Positions 41,918 to 52,979 are shown, numbered from the stretch's first letter. The stretch: DNA of 63,053 nucleotides from Bacilli bacterium (GCA_045598145.1 JAZLLM010000031.1:1-63053), one strand, 5' to 3'. A program made the numbers and translations. The notes: generated by a model from the letters alone, not told the origin.

Positions 41918-44599
41918 ATGAAAAATTTAAAAGGCTATGAAATTAGACAAATGTGGTTAGACTTTTGGAAAAGCAAAGGTCATGATATTATTCCAAGTGC
42001 ATCATTAGTACCACATAATGACCCAACATTACTTTGGATTAATGCTGGTGTTGCACCACTAAAGAAATATTTTGATGGTAGAGAAATTCCTCAAAATAGA
42101 AGAATGACAAATGCACAAAAATCAATTAGAACTAACGATATTGATAATGTAGGTAAGACCGCAAGACATCATACATTCTTTGAAATGTTAGGTAACTTTT
42201 CAGTGGGTGATTATTTTAGAGATGAAGCTATTGAATGGGCAGTTGAATTATTAACAGATACAAAATGGTTTGCTTTCGATAAAGATAAATTATATATGAC
42301 TTATTATCCAGACGATAAAGACACTTTTAATAGATGGGTAAGTTGCGGAATTGATCCAAGTCATTTAGTACCAGTAACAGGAAACTTCTGGGAAATTGGT
42401 GAAGGACCATGTGGACCTGATACAGAAATCTTTTTTGATAGAGGTATTAAATACGATCCTGAAAACATTGGACCTAGAATGATTAAAGACGATATTGAAA
42501 ATGATCGTTACATCGAAATTTGGAATATTGTATTAAGTCAATTTAATTCTAAGGTTGGTGTACCAAGATCAGAATATAAAGAATTACCTAGTAAAAATAT
42601 AGATACAGGTAGTGGATTAGAAAGATTAGCATGTGTAATGCAAGAAGTAGAAACTAATTATGATACTGACTTATTCATGCCAATTATTAATGAAACTGAA
42701 AAATTAACAGGAAAAGAATATCATGGTGAAATGGCATTTAAAGTTATTGCTGACCATGTACGTAGTACTGTATTTGCATTAAGTGATGGTGCAAGCTTCT
42801 CCAATGAAGGTAGAGGCTATGTATTAAGACGTATCTTACGTAGAGCTGTAAGATATGGTAAACAACTTGGAATGAAAGAAGCTTTCTTATATAAGTTAGT
42901 TACACCATGTGTAGATTTAATGAAAGTGTTCTATCCTTATTTATTAGAAAAGAAAGAACAAGTAGTAAGTCAAATTAAGAATGAAGAAGAGAAATTCTTA
43001 AGCACACTAGAAAATGGCGAAAAGAAATTAAGAGATTATGTAAATAATAATAAAGGGGAAAAAGTTATACCTGGTAATTTTGCTTTCTTATTATATGATA
43101 CATTTGGATTCCCACTTGAACTTACTATTGAAGCATGTGAAGAATATAATTATACAGTTGACGAAGAAGGATTCAAAGAATGCTTAAAGGCTCAAAAAGA
43201 AAGAGCAAGAAAAGCAAGAGGAAACCGTCAATCAATGAATGTGCAAAATGAAGATATGATGAAGTTTACTAGTGCTTCAGAATTCATTGGTTATGAATCT
43301 TTAGAAGATACATTAGAAGTTATTGCTTTATTTAGCGAAGGAAAGCAAGTAGATAGTGCTAGTGGCAAAGTACTTGCAGTTTTCAATAAGAGCCCATTCT
43401 ACGCTGAAATGGGTGGTGAAATTGGAGATAAAGGTATTATATCATTAGATGGTGAAGAATTTGATGTTATAGATACTATCAAAATGCCTAATGGACAAGG
43501 TGCAAGCATAATTGAAATAGATGAAACTGTTATACATGTTAGAGATGTAGTGAAAGGTGTTGTTGATAAAGTAAAAAGAAATAATATTCAAAACAACCAC
43601 TCTGCAACTCACTTAATGAATGAAGCTTTACGTGATGTAGTTGGTAAGCATATTTATCAACAAGGTTCTAATGTAAGTGATGAATCATTACGTTTTGACT
43701 TTAATAACCCAAGTCCATTAACTAATGATGAAATATTAGCTATTGAAGAAAAAGTAAACGAACAAATTAAATTAGCTCATCCAATAATTACTAAAGTATT
43801 ACCAATAGAAGAAGCTAAAAAAATTGGAGCTCAAGCTGTATTTGGTGAAAAATATGGTAAGATGGTAAGAGTAGTTGATATGGATTATTCTAAAGAATTC
43901 TGTGGTGGATGCCATGCTAAAAATACTAAGGACTTAGAAAAGTTCGCTGTACTAGGTGTTGAAAGCAAAGGCTCTGGAATTTTCAGAATTGAAGGTGCAA
44001 CTTCAAATAATATCAAAGTTCAATTAGAAAGAGTATTAGAAAACAACATAAAAGAAATCAATGCTTTAGAAGAAAGAATTAATAATTACGCTAAAACTTT
44101 AAATGAAACAGTAAATCTAAATAAACCAGAATATGTTGACTCATATAAGTATGTAATTAACACAAAAAAATACAACGAAGAATTAAAAGAATTAGCTAAA
44201 GATTTAGAAAAGAAAGTCAATAATTTAGAAAGACAAAAGAATGCTTTAGACATTAATTCATTTAACAATTCTTTTGAAACAATCAATAATAAACAAGTTT
44301 TAATAAAAGAAATTAAAGATGCAGATGTAAATAGCTTGAAAGATTTAGTTGATGCATTAAGTGAACAAATTAAAGAAGAATGCTTGATATTATTTGCAAA
44401 TGTCACTGGTGAAAAGATTGTCTTTGTATGCAAAAACAAAGTTAATGGTTTAAGTGCAGGAAAGTTAGTTAAATTAGCTGCCACAACATGTGGAGGTAAT
44501 GGTGGAGGTCGTGATGACTTTGCATCTGCTGGTGGTAGAGATATAACTAAGATTTCTTTAGCTTTTGATTTAGTTAAGAAAGAAATTGAAAATCTTTAA
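41918..44599 (+). CDS. alaS: alanine--tRNA ligase
   Basis: HHTFFEMLGNFS, IDTGSGLER, NHSATHL, CGGCH, C-terminal GGNGGGR. Confidence 0.98.
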   Translation: MKNLKGYEIRQMWLDFWKSKGHDIIPSASLVPHNDPTLLWINAGVAPLKKYFDGREIPQNRRMTNAQKSIRTNDIDNVGKTARHHTFFEMLGNFSVGDYFRDEAIEWAVELLTDTKWFAFDKDKLYMTYYPDDKDTFNRWVSCGIDPSHLVPVTGNFWEIGEGPCGPDTEIFFDRGIKYDPENIGPRMIKDDIENDRYIEIWNIVLSQFNSKVGVPRSEYKELPSKNIDTGSGLERLACVMQEVETNYDTDLFMPIINETEKLTGKEYHGEMAFKVIADHVRSTVFALSDGASFSNEGRGYVLRRILRRAVRYGKQLGMKEAFLYKLVTPCVDLMKVFYPYLLEKKEQVVSQIKNEEEKFLSTLENGEKKLRDYVNNNKGEKVIPGNFAFLLYDTFGFPLELTIEACEEYNYTVDEEGFKECLKAQKERARKARGNRQSMNVQNEDMMKFTSASEFIGYESLEDTLEVIALFSEGKQVDSASGKVLAVFNKSPFYAEMGGEIGDKGIISLDGEEFDVIDTIKMPNGQGASIIEIDETVIHVRDVVKGVVDKVKRNNIQNNHSATHLMNEALRDVVGKHIYQQGSNVSDESLRFDFNNPSPLTNDEILAIEEKVNEQIKLAHPIITKVLPIEEAKKIGAQAVFGEKYGKMVRVVDMDYSKEFCGGCHAKNTKDLEKFAVLGVESKGSGIFRIEGATSNNIKVQLERVLENNIKEINALEERINNYAKTLNETVNLNKPEYVDSYKYVINTKKYNEELKELAKDLEKKVNNLERQKNALDINSFNNSFETINNKQVLIKEIKDADVNSLKDLVDALSEQIKEECLILFANVTGEKIVFVCKNKVNGLSAGKLVKLAATTCGGNGGGRDDFASAGGRDITKISLAFDLVKKEIENL

Positions 44600-44661
44600 A
44601 ATTCTTTTGTAAAACAAAAAGATTTATGGTAAAATATAATAGTAAATAAGGAGAATTAATT

Positions 44662-44991
44662 ATGGATGAAAACAAATTAACTTATATTGATGAAAATGGT
44701 AATGAAGTATTATGCGAAATATTATTCACATTCCATTCAGATGAATTTGAAAAAGATTATGTATTATTCTATCCTGAAGGCGATGAAGACGAAGATGGTA
44801 AAATTAACGTAATGGCAGCATCATATATTGAAAAAGAAGATGGCCAAGGCGAATTATTAGAAGTTACTACTGATGCTGAATGGGATCTAATTGAAGAAAT
44901 GTTACAAGCATTTGAAAATGATGAATGCGAATGCGATTGCGATGAATGCGAACATCATTGTGAAGATTGCGATTGTGATGAATGTAAATAA
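44662..44991 (+). CDS. DUF1292 (YrzB-like) acidic protein with Cys-rich tail
   Basis: IDENGNEVLCEILFTF...EFEKDYVLFYP...EWDLIEEML; conserved position downstream of alaS. Confidence 0.85.
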   Translation: MDENKLTYIDENGNEVLCEILFTFHSDEFEKDYVLFYPEGDEDEDGKINVMAASYIEKEDGQGELLEVTTDAEWDLIEEMLQAFENDECECDCDECEHHCEDCDCDECK

Positions 44992-45028
44992 AAATATGTC
45001 TATTGGGATAACCAATAGACATATTTTT
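44990..45028. terminator. bidirectional terminator
   Basis: AAAAATATGTCTATTGG-gataa-CCAATAGACATATTTTT perfect stem between convergent genes. Confidence 0.85.
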
Positions 45029-45986
45029 ATTCTTCTATTATAAGTAAGGCAGCTAAATCATCTAAAGCTTTAGCGTTCTTACTATCTTCTTTAAAGATGT
45101 ATGTATTGTCTTCTTTATTATAATCAAGTTTTGCTAATTCGTCATATTCTGTTTTGTTTTTAAGAAACATACTAGCATATTCATTTCCAGTATATTTATT
45201 AATGATATAACCTAATACTTTTTGCTTTTGTTCTTCGTGGGCTTTAATAGTTTTTAAAGCATTTACTGATGAAATCATATCTTCTTCACTTACCACAATT
45301 GCTTTAGCGTCTGGTAAAAGTGTGGCTATATCCATAGTTACATCACCAGTTCCTGATGGCATATCAATAATTAAATAATCTAAATCTTTTCTCCAAGAAA
45401 CTTGGAATAAGAAATTATTAATCATTGATGTTAGCATATTACCCTTCCAAAGCATTGGTGATTCTTTTTGACTAAAGAAATAAGTACTAATAATTTGGAT
45501 ACCATCTTTATTAAAAGGAATGATTTTGTTTATAGTATCAACGCTTGGACTTGCATCATCCATAAATAACATTTCAGGTATTGTAGCTCCATAAATATCA
45601 GCATCCATGATACCTACATGTTTACCTAATCTATTTAAAGCATAAGCTAAATTAATGGCAACTGTTGATTTACCAACTCCACCTTTAAGACCTGATATTA
45701 AAATAAATTTAGTGTTTTTGCCTGCTATTAAAGATGCTTCTTTGCATTCTTCAATATCAAATTTAACACCAGAAAAACCAAGATCAAGTTTGATAACTTT
45801 AGCTAATTCTCTTTTTAAAATACTTTCAGCTTCAGTTCCTTTTCTTCCTACTTCAATTAAAAGAATAACTAAATCTTTTTCTTCGTTTATTCCGATATGC
45901 TTAATTGCTTTTAATTCTTTTAATGTTTTGCCACGACTTAAATCAGTTATATTTTCAATGGCTTCTCTTATTTCTTTAATTGTCAT
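45027..45986 (-). CDS. Mrp/NBP35 (SalA-like) P-loop ATPase
   Basis: KGGVGKSTVAINLA, DADIYG, LDYLIIDMPSGTGD. Confidence 0.85.
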   Translation of the reverse strand: MTIKEIREAIENITDLSRGKTLKELKAIKHIGINEEKDLVILLIEVGRKGTEAESILKRELAKVIKLDLGFSGVKFDIEECKEASLIAGKNTKFILISGLKGGVGKSTVAINLAYALNRLGKHVGIMDADIYGATIPEMLFMDDASPSVDTINKIIPFNKDGIQIISTYFFSQKESPMLWKGNMLTSMINNFLFQVSWRKDLDYLIIDMPSGTGDVTMDIATLLPDAKAIVVSEEDMISSVNALKTIKAHEEQKQKVLGYIINKYTGNEYASMFLKNKTEYDELAKLDYNKEDNTYIFKEDSKNAKALDDLAALLIIEE

Positions 45987-47145
45987 CTTTTTTCACCTGT
46001 AAGATAAATTCATTTTTATATGTATTTAAACCAGTAATTAGGTCATAAATCTTAGATACATATAATTCTTTCTTTAATATTTGAATAATGTCTGAATTAA
46101 TATTTTCGCTTTTTAGTGTTTTGTTAGTATTTAAAATCACTTCTGAATCCTTCATTTTTTTGATTAGAAACATGCCTTTTTCGTTTATACCTAAAACTCT
46201 TTTATAGTTAGATTGATATTCAATCTTATTATCAAAAAGAATATTAAGAATGATTCTTTGAATTCTATTTAGAGTATATCTTTTTGTGCAAACATTTTTT
46301 GTGTATTCAAAATAATTTTTAGATTCTAAAAAACTTAATAGTCTGTTTTCAATACCTTCACTAATTCCTATATAATCATAATCGTTAATAGTATGCATTT
46401 TGTATGAATATAACATATAAAGTTTATCATAAGCTACGCTTTCTTTAATGAATTCATATTTGTAATTTGGTATATATTCAGATATATCATTTCCCTTATC
46501 AATTGCAAATCTAAGTGATGTAGCTGAAGGAAGTTTTCCTTTAATAATTTCACTATCAAAATAATTATTATCAAATCTTTTTATAGTATATGGGATAATG
46601 TCTTTGTTTATTTTATCTATTGCTTTTAAATATGATAAAGCAAGTGTATTGTTAGGTAATGAATATGCATCAACTAATTCTTTACTTATAATATCATCTT
46701 TACTTAAATCGTATAAAGCTTTTAGTGCACTTGTTTGGTATGAATTACCTTTATCTAGATATTCTTTAATTAATTCGTTAAATGAATCACTATCAGTGAC
46801 TTCCTTTAACCTATTTAAATCTGGAATACAGCCTAGCTCTGAACCAAAAGCTAAATGAGTGATATTAAAAGCATTTAAAATTTTTATTGAGTTGTATGCA
46901 TAATAGTCACTGCTATTATTAGTATAAACAAAAGGATTTTCTAAAACAATATCAATACCATTTTCTAAACATAATTTAGTTTTAGTGTGTTTATCAAGTA
47001 CTGATATATCTCCTCTCATAGTAAAAGATGTAGATATTATTGCAATTACAATATCTGGTTTAATATCTTCCTTTACTTTATCTATAAAATATTTATGTCC
47101 ATTATGAAATGGATTTAGTTCTAATATAAGTCCTAATATTTTCAT
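45976..47145 (-). CDS. tmcAL: tRNA(Met) cytidine acetate ligase (YlbM/TmcAL family)
   Basis: ELNPFHNGH HIGH-like motif, FTMRGD, PNNTLALSY, SATSLR, EGIENR. Confidence 0.85.
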   Translation of the reverse strand: MKILGLILELNPFHNGHKYFIDKVKEDIKPDIVIAIISTSFTMRGDISVLDKHTKTKLCLENGIDIVLENPFVYTNNSSDYYAYNSIKILNAFNITHLAFGSELGCIPDLNRLKEVTDSDSFNELIKEYLDKGNSYQTSALKALYDLSKDDIISKELVDAYSLPNNTLALSYLKAIDKINKDIIPYTIKRFDNNYFDSEIIKGKLPSATSLRFAIDKGNDISEYIPNYKYEFIKESVAYDKLYMLYSYKMHTINDYDYIGISEGIENRLLSFLESKNYFEYTKNVCTKRYTLNRIQRIILNILFDNKIEYQSNYKRVLGINEKGMFLIKKMKDSEVILNTNKTLKSENINSDIIQILKKELYVSKIYDLITGLNTYKNEFILQVKKDDN

Positions 47146-47151
47146 ATTTAC

Positions 47152-48075
47152 CTATTTATATAATGTTTGAGCGATTTTTGATGCAAGAATACAATTATTA
47201 ATAACTAAATGAATATTAGCATCTAAGCTATCTCCACCAGTTATTTCGCATATTTTAGCTAGAAGATATGGTGTTGATTCTTTGCCAATGATACCTAATT
47301 TATCCATTTCAATTAATGCTTGATTAATAGCATCATTCATAACTTTTTCATCAAGTTCAAATTCTTTAGGTACTGGGTTAGTGATTAATACACCACCATT
47401 AATACCAATTTCCCATTTAGTTTTTAGAATGTTTGCTATTTCATCTGGGTCATCAGATCTTAAGTCTACTTTATATGGAGAAGTTGAATAATAAAAGGCT
47501 GGTAGGTTATTTGTTTTATAACCAATTACTAAAACACCTTTTGTTTCTAGAAATTCTAAAGTTTTTGGTAGGTCTAGAATAGCTTTTGCACCTGCACAAA
47601 CTACTGCTACATTAGTTTTGCCTAGTTCATCTAGGTCATTTGAAATATCAAAAGTAGTTTCAGCTTTACGGTGTACTCCGCCAATTCCTCCAGTTGCAAA
47701 GATCTTAATGCCTGCTAATGATGCAATATACATTGTGGCAGCTACAGTAGTAGCACCATCTTTTTTAAGGCTAACTACATATGGAATATCTCTCTTTGAA
47801 ACCTTAATAACTTCACGACCTTTTTTGCCTAAATAATCAATTTCTTCGTTAGTTAGGCCTACTTTTAATTTACCATTGATTATTGCAATAGTAGCAGGAA
47901 CGCAACCATTTTCTCTAATTGTGTTTTCGCATCTTCTAGCAACATTAGCATTTTGTGGGTAAGGCATTCCATGAGAGATGATTGTTGATTCTAGGGCAAC
48001 GATAGGCTTACCTTCTTTTATAGCATTACTAACTTCTTCACTAATACTTAAATATTTACTAATTGTATCTAACAT
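47152..48075 (-). CDS. psuG: pseudouridine-5'-phosphate glycosidase
   Basis: VALESTIISHGMPYPQN, GATTVAATM, FATGGIGGVHR, FDISNDL. Confidence 0.95.
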   Translation of the reverse strand: MLDTISKYLSISEEVSNAIKEGKPIVALESTIISHGMPYPQNANVARRCENTIRENGCVPATIAIINGKLKVGLTNEEIDYLGKKGREVIKVSKRDIPYVVSLKKDGATTVAATMYIASLAGIKIFATGGIGGVHRKAETTFDISNDLDELGKTNVAVVCAGAKAILDLPKTLEFLETKGVLVIGYKTNNLPAFYYSTSPYKVDLRSDDPDEIANILKTKWEIGINGGVLITNPVPKEFELDEKVMNDAINQALIEMDKLGIIGKESTPYLLAKICEITGGDSLDANIHLVINNCILASKIAQTLYK

Positions 48076-48259
48076 ATTGAAATCTCCTAAACATATTATA
48101 TTTTAGCACGTTTTATAATTCTTAGCAACTAATGTAATAATTAAAAATATTTATACTTTATCAATGTTTATATTTTTATAAATCTATGATATAATAAAAG
48201 TATATTATGGAGGAAAATGCGTTTGTATTTTTTTATAGATTAATGCATAACAAACTACT

Positions 48260-49042
48260 ATGAAAATTAATAATAATTATATTGGTGTATTTGATTCAGG
48301 TATTGGAGGGCTAACAGTACTTACAGATTTAAAAAATAAGTTTCCAAATGAAAAATTTTTATATTTTGGTGACACTGCAAGATGCCCATATGGAATAAAA
48401 ACTAGAAATGAACTTATGGCTATAGTTGAAAGTGATGTGGATTATTTTATCAAAAATAAAGCCAAAATGATTGTAATTGCTTGTAATACAGCTACAGCTA
48501 ATTCATATCATATTGAAAGTGAAACACCAATTATTAGAATAATTGAACCTACCGCAAAAAAAGCACTAAAAGTAAGAGAAGAAATCAAATCAAGTAAACC
48601 AATAGGTGTTTTTGCAACTAATTACACAATTAATTCAAAGGCATATAATAAATTCTTAGGTGATGAAAATACAATTGGTGTATGTTGTTCACCTTGGGTT
48701 GATATTATAGAAAAAGGTTTAACTGATACTTTAATAAGTAGAAAAGCAGTTAGTGATGCCTTATGTGATATAAAAGGTAAAGTAGATGTAATCATCTTAG
48801 GATGCACACATTTTGGATTAATTGAAAAAGAAATTAAAGAATATTTAGGTAATGTTACAATAATTAATAGTTCTCTTTCATTAGAAGATATCGTCAAAGA
48901 TACTTTAGATGAAGTGGGATATTGTAATGAAGGTCAAGATACAATAATAAATATTAGTGGTAATGTAGAAGATATAAATATTAAACCATTTGAAGATACT
49001 TTAAAATTAAAGAAAGAAATGATTAATCATATAGATTTATAG
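48260..49042 (+). CDS. murI: glutamate racemase
   Basis: IGVFDSGIGGLTV, DTARCPYG, and both catalytic Cys motifs (IACNTA, LGCTHF). Confidence 0.92.
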   Translation: MKINNNYIGVFDSGIGGLTVLTDLKNKFPNEKFLYFGDTARCPYGIKTRNELMAIVESDVDYFIKNKAKMIVIACNTATANSYHIESETPIIRIIEPTAKKALKVREEIKSSKPIGVFATNYTINSKAYNKFLGDENTIGVCCSPWVDIIEKGLTDTLISRKAVSDALCDIKGKVDVIILGCTHFGLIEKEIKEYLGNVTIINSSLSLEDIVKDTLDEVGYCNEGQDTIINISGNVEDINIKPFEDTLKLKKEMINHIDL

Positions 49043-49052
49043 AGAGAAAATT

Positions 49053-49871
49053 ATGAAATTTATTACAAACAAAATAAAAGTAAATAATCCTGTAGTTTTA
49101 ATAGATATGGGTATTAATGGTCTTAATGCACTTAATAGTATTAAGAATGCATTGCCTAAAGAAGATATAATATATATTAATGATTATGAAGTGCCTTTTT
49201 ATGAGGGCTTAGATCATAATGAAATAGAAAAGCGAATAACAAATTTAGTTAGGAGAGCTTTAGCTTATAAACCTAAATTAGTAGTAATAGTTAATGATAC
49301 ATTAATTGAATATGGAAAAGAAATAATTCAAAAAGAATTAAATAATATCCCATGGGTTAATATAGTAGATGAAGTTATAAGTGAAGTTCAAACTAAATAT
49401 GAAGCTAAAAATATGGCATTCTTTGCGCCATTTGGAATTATTGAAGCTAATTTGTATCAAAAGAATTTTACATATGCAAGACTATATAATCTTAATGCTG
49501 ATAATATTTTAAATATTATGAATGAAGCTAAGATTAAAACTAATGAATCTTTTTCTGATATGCGTAATGCGATGTCTCCTTTATATAAAAAGGATGTTGA
49601 TGTAATTATTCCCACATTACCTAATATATTATTGTTTTATACAGAAATATATGAATATGCACCTAGTGGCGTAGAAATTATTAAGGTTAGTGATTTACTT
49701 GCATCTAAAGCAAAAAAGCTTATTAAAGAAGAAAATGGAAAGAATAAAAAGTATACATATGTAGTTGTTAAGGATGGCACAAAAGAAAAAGATAAGTGCA
49801 TAAATATATATAATAAAATTTTATCTTGTCCTTTCAAATGCTACCTTGAAAAAATTGATTCTAATAAATAA
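49053..49871 (+). CDS. degenerate glutamate-racemase-like protein (no catalytic Cys)
   Basis: Aligns by eye to MurI: IDMGINGLNAL...LPKEDIIYIND...PFYEG; VIVNDT replaces IACNT and IIPTLPN replaces ILGCTH. Confidence 0.65.
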   Translation: MKFITNKIKVNNPVVLIDMGINGLNALNSIKNALPKEDIIYINDYEVPFYEGLDHNEIEKRITNLVRRALAYKPKLVVIVNDTLIEYGKEIIQKELNNIPWVNIVDEVISEVQTKYEAKNMAFFAPFGIIEANLYQKNFTYARLYNLNADNILNIMNEAKIKTNESFSDMRNAMSPLYKKDVDVIIPTLPNILLFYTEIYEYAPSGVEIIKVSDLLASKAKKLIKEENGKNKKYTYVVVKDGTKEKDKCINIYNKILSCPFKCYLEKIDSNK

Positions 49872-49973
49872 ATTACTAAATGATTAATTATATAAATAAT
49901 ATTTAGGAAGTGATTAGGGCTTAAATATTAGGCCTAATTTATTAAAAAAACGCGTAACTTAAGGAGAAAAAAT

Positions 49974-51461
49974 ATGAAATACATTATGTCTTTAGACCAA
50001 GGTACAACAAGCTCAAGAGCTATTATATTTGACCATAATGCTAATATAATTTCTGTCGCCCAACAAGAATTTGCGCAAATTTATCCAAAACCAGGTTGGG
50101 TTGAGCATGATCCTAACGAAATATTAGCTAGTCAAATTAGTGTATGTACAGAAGCTTTAATAAAAGCGGGTTTAAGTATTAGTGATATATTAAGTATTGG
50201 TATTACTAATCAACGTGAAACAACTATTGTATGGAATAAAAATACTGGTAAACCAATTTATAATGCTATTGTTTGGCAATGCAGAAGAACTAATGATTAT
50301 TGCAAAACTTTAAAAGAAGATGGCTTTGATAAAATGATTTACGAAAGAACTGGATTAGTAATTGACGCATATTTCTCCGCTACTAAAATTAAATGGATTT
50401 TAGATAATGTAAGTGGTGCTAGAGAATTAGCTATGAAGGGTGAATTATTATTTGGTACTATTGACACATATTTAATGTGGAACTTATCAAGTAAAGAAAA
50501 TAGAATTCATGCTACAGATTATACTAATGCTAGTAGAACTATGTTATTTAATATTCATACTTTAGATTGGGATGATGATTTATTATCATTATTTGATATT
50601 CCTAAATCAATGCTACCAGAAGTTCATCCTTCTAGTTATTTATTTGGTTATACTAGTGAGAAAATATTAGGTGATAGGATTCCTATTGCAGGTGTTGCTG
50701 GGGATCAACAATCAGCTTTATTTGGTCATTTGTGCACAAACAAAGGTGATGTTAAAAACACATATGGTACAGGCTGTTTTTTACTTATGAATACTGGTGA
50801 TGAACTTGTTAATTCAAAGCATGGCTTAATTACTACACTTGCTGCATCATTAAGCGATAAACCTAATTATGTATTAGAAGGTAGTGTATTTGTGGGTGGT
50901 GCGATTGTTCAATGGTTGAGAGATGAACTTAGAATGATTAAGAAAGCTTGTGAGACTGAGAAGTATGCATTAAGCGTTGAAGATACTAATGGTGTATATA
51001 TTATACCCGCATTTGTTGGATTAGGAGCTCCATATTGGAATGGTAATGTAAGAGGTATAGTAACTGGATTAACTAGAGGTGCTAAAAAAGAACACTTTAT
51101 TAGAGCTGCTTTAGAATCAATTGCTTACCAAGTACATGATTTAATTAGATCAATGGAAAAAGACCTAGGAGAAAAAGTTAATAATTTGGCTGTTGATGGT
51201 GGAGCTTGCGCTAATAATTTTTTAATGCAATTTCAAGCAGATATAGTTAAAACAAATGTTATTAGACCTTCACTAATTGAAGTTACCGCACTAGGTGTTT
51301 GCTATCTATCTGGTTTAAAAATGGGATATTGGGAATCAATTGAGGAATTAAAAGCAATAAGAAGTATTGATAAAGTATTCAGTCCAAAAATGGATGAAAT
51401 TAAAAGGATTAAAATATTAAATGGTTGGGAAGATAGCATGGAAATGCTACTTAAAAAATAA
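49974..51461 (+). CDS. glpK: glycerol kinase
   Basis: [35 protein letters not shown]. Confidence 0.97.
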   Translation: MKYIMSLDQGTTSSRAIIFDHNANIISVAQQEFAQIYPKPGWVEHDPNEILASQISVCTEALIKAGLSISDILSIGITNQRETTIVWNKNTGKPIYNAIVWQCRRTNDYCKTLKEDGFDKMIYERTGLVIDAYFSATKIKWILDNVSGARELAMKGELLFGTIDTYLMWNLSSKENRIHATDYTNASRTMLFNIHTLDWDDDLLSLFDIPKSMLPEVHPSSYLFGYTSEKILGDRIPIAGVAGDQQSALFGHLCTNKGDVKNTYGTGCFLLMNTGDELVNSKHGLITTLAASLSDKPNYVLEGSVFVGGAIVQWLRDELRMIKKACETEKYALSVEDTNGVYIIPAFVGLGAPYWNGNVRGIVTGLTRGAKKEHFIRAALESIAYQVHDLIRSMEKDLGEKVNNLAVDGGACANNFLMQFQADIVKTNVIRPSLIEVTALGVCYLSGLKMGYWESIEELKAIRSIDKVFSPKMDEIKRIKILNGWEDSMEMLLKK

Positions 51462-51467
51462 ATATTA

Positions 51468-52202
51468 ATGATTAAAAATAAATGTTCATTAGAAGAAGCA
51501 AAGAATAAATATTTTAGTAATTTAAAAAAAGATTCTATAGGGGTTTATCAAGAAAAAGCAATACATGGCATTTTAAAAAATTATTTTGAAACTGACGATA
51601 CAAAAAAAGAAGTTAAAGTATCAGGATCAATTGCAGACATTAAAAATGAATATGGAATCATCGAAATACAAACTAGAAGCTTTGATAAATTAAGACCAAA
51701 ATTAGATAAATATTTAATTGATAATGAAGTAACTATTGTATATCCTTTATTTCAAAATAAAACTATCATTTGGTTAAATAGTGATAATGAGAAAGACTAC
51801 AATAGAAAAAGTTCTAGGCACCAAAATATTTATAATAGTTTTAAAGAATTATATAAACTTAAAACATATCTTACTAACCCTCATCTTCATTTACACTTTG
51901 TGTATCTAGAAGCAATTGAATTTAAAAATTTAGATGGGTTTGGAAAAGATAATAAAAAACATGCAAGTACTTTTAATAAACTACCTATTAATATAATAAG
52001 TGAAGAAGATATTGAAAGCTATAATGATTTTAAATATTTATTAAATGATGTTAATGGTGAATTTACAGTAAATTCATTAGCTAAATTAAAACATATAAAT
52101 AAAAACAATATAGCAGTTATGATTACAATATTTTCATATCTTGGTTTAATTAAGAAAGTGGGCACATTAAAAAGAGCATATGTATATACTAAAAACTTTT
52201 AG
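51468..52202 (+). CDS. hypothetical protein, possible PD-(D/E)xK-fold nuclease with C-terminal winged helix
   Basis: EK.IH..LK.YF and IADI...IIEIQT motifs; C-terminal FTVNSLAK...LGLIKKVG. Confidence 0.55.
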   Translation: MIKNKCSLEEAKNKYFSNLKKDSIGVYQEKAIHGILKNYFETDDTKKEVKVSGSIADIKNEYGIIEIQTRSFDKLRPKLDKYLIDNEVTIVYPLFQNKTIIWLNSDNEKDYNRKSSRHQNIYNSFKELYKLKTYLTNPHLHLHFVYLEAIEFKNLDGFGKDNKKHASTFNKLPINIISEEDIESYNDFKYLLNDVNGEFTVNSLAKLKHINKNNIAVMITIFSYLGLIKKVGTLKRAYVYTKNF

Positions 52203-52213
52203 GAGATAAGATA

Positions 52214-52978
52214 ATGAAATTTGTATCATGGAATGTTAATGGATTACGTGCAGTAATCAAAAAAGATTTTTTTAATATATTTGAAAACTTTAATGCTGAT
52301 TTCTTTTGCCTTCAAGAAACTAAGATGCAACGCGAAGATGTCACATTTTTAAGTGAAGATTTTAAATATAATGATTATTATGTATATATGAATAGTGCAA
52401 TTAAAAAAGGTTATTCAGGTACAATGATATTTACTAAGCATGCACCTATTAATGTTATTTATGGTATAGATGGTAAACATAATGATGAAGGTAGAGCAAT
52501 AACTTTAGAATATGAAAACTTTTATTTGGTTGATTTGTATTCACCTAATTCACAAGATGAACTAAAAAGAATTGATTATAGAATGGAATATGAAGACGAT
52601 TTAAGAATATACTTAAATGAATTAAAAAGCAAAAAAAATGTAATTATGTGCGGTGACTTGAATGTAGCTCATAATGAAATTGATTTAAAAAATCCAAGTA
52701 TCAATCACTTTAATCCAGGATTTAGTGATCAAGAGAGAGGAAAATTCAGTGAATTATTAGAAAGTGGATTTATTGATTCATTCAGATATTTATATCCTAA
52801 TACTATAAAATATTCATGGTGGAGTTATCGTGCTTTTGCAAGAGAAAAGAATGTAGGATGGAGAATTGACTACTTTATTTTATCACCATCATTAAAGGAT
52901 AAAATAATTAGTGCAACTATTGAAAATGATATATATGGAAGTGATCACTGTCCAGTTACAGTAAGTTTGGATTTATAA
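52214..52978 (+). CDS. xth: exodeoxyribonuclease III / AP endonuclease
   Basis: SWNVNGLRA, LQETK, CGDLNVAH, GWRIDYF, GSDHCPV. Confidence 0.96.
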   Translation: MKFVSWNVNGLRAVIKKDFFNIFENFNADFFCLQETKMQREDVTFLSEDFKYNDYYVYMNSAIKKGYSGTMIFTKHAPINVIYGIDGKHNDEGRAITLEYENFYLVDLYSPNSQDELKRIDYRMEYEDDLRIYLNELKSKKNVIMCGDLNVAHNEIDLKNPSINHFNPGFSDQERGKFSELLESGFIDSFRYLYPNTIKYSWWSYRAFAREKNVGWRIDYFILSPSLKDKIISATIENDIYGSDHCPVTVSLDL

Positions 52979-52979
52979 T

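Noticed and set aside
48228-48234. T7 tract upstream of murI as a phase-variation switch
   Set aside because: Length changes that would put ATG 48217 in frame with murI meet a TAG immediately after the tract.
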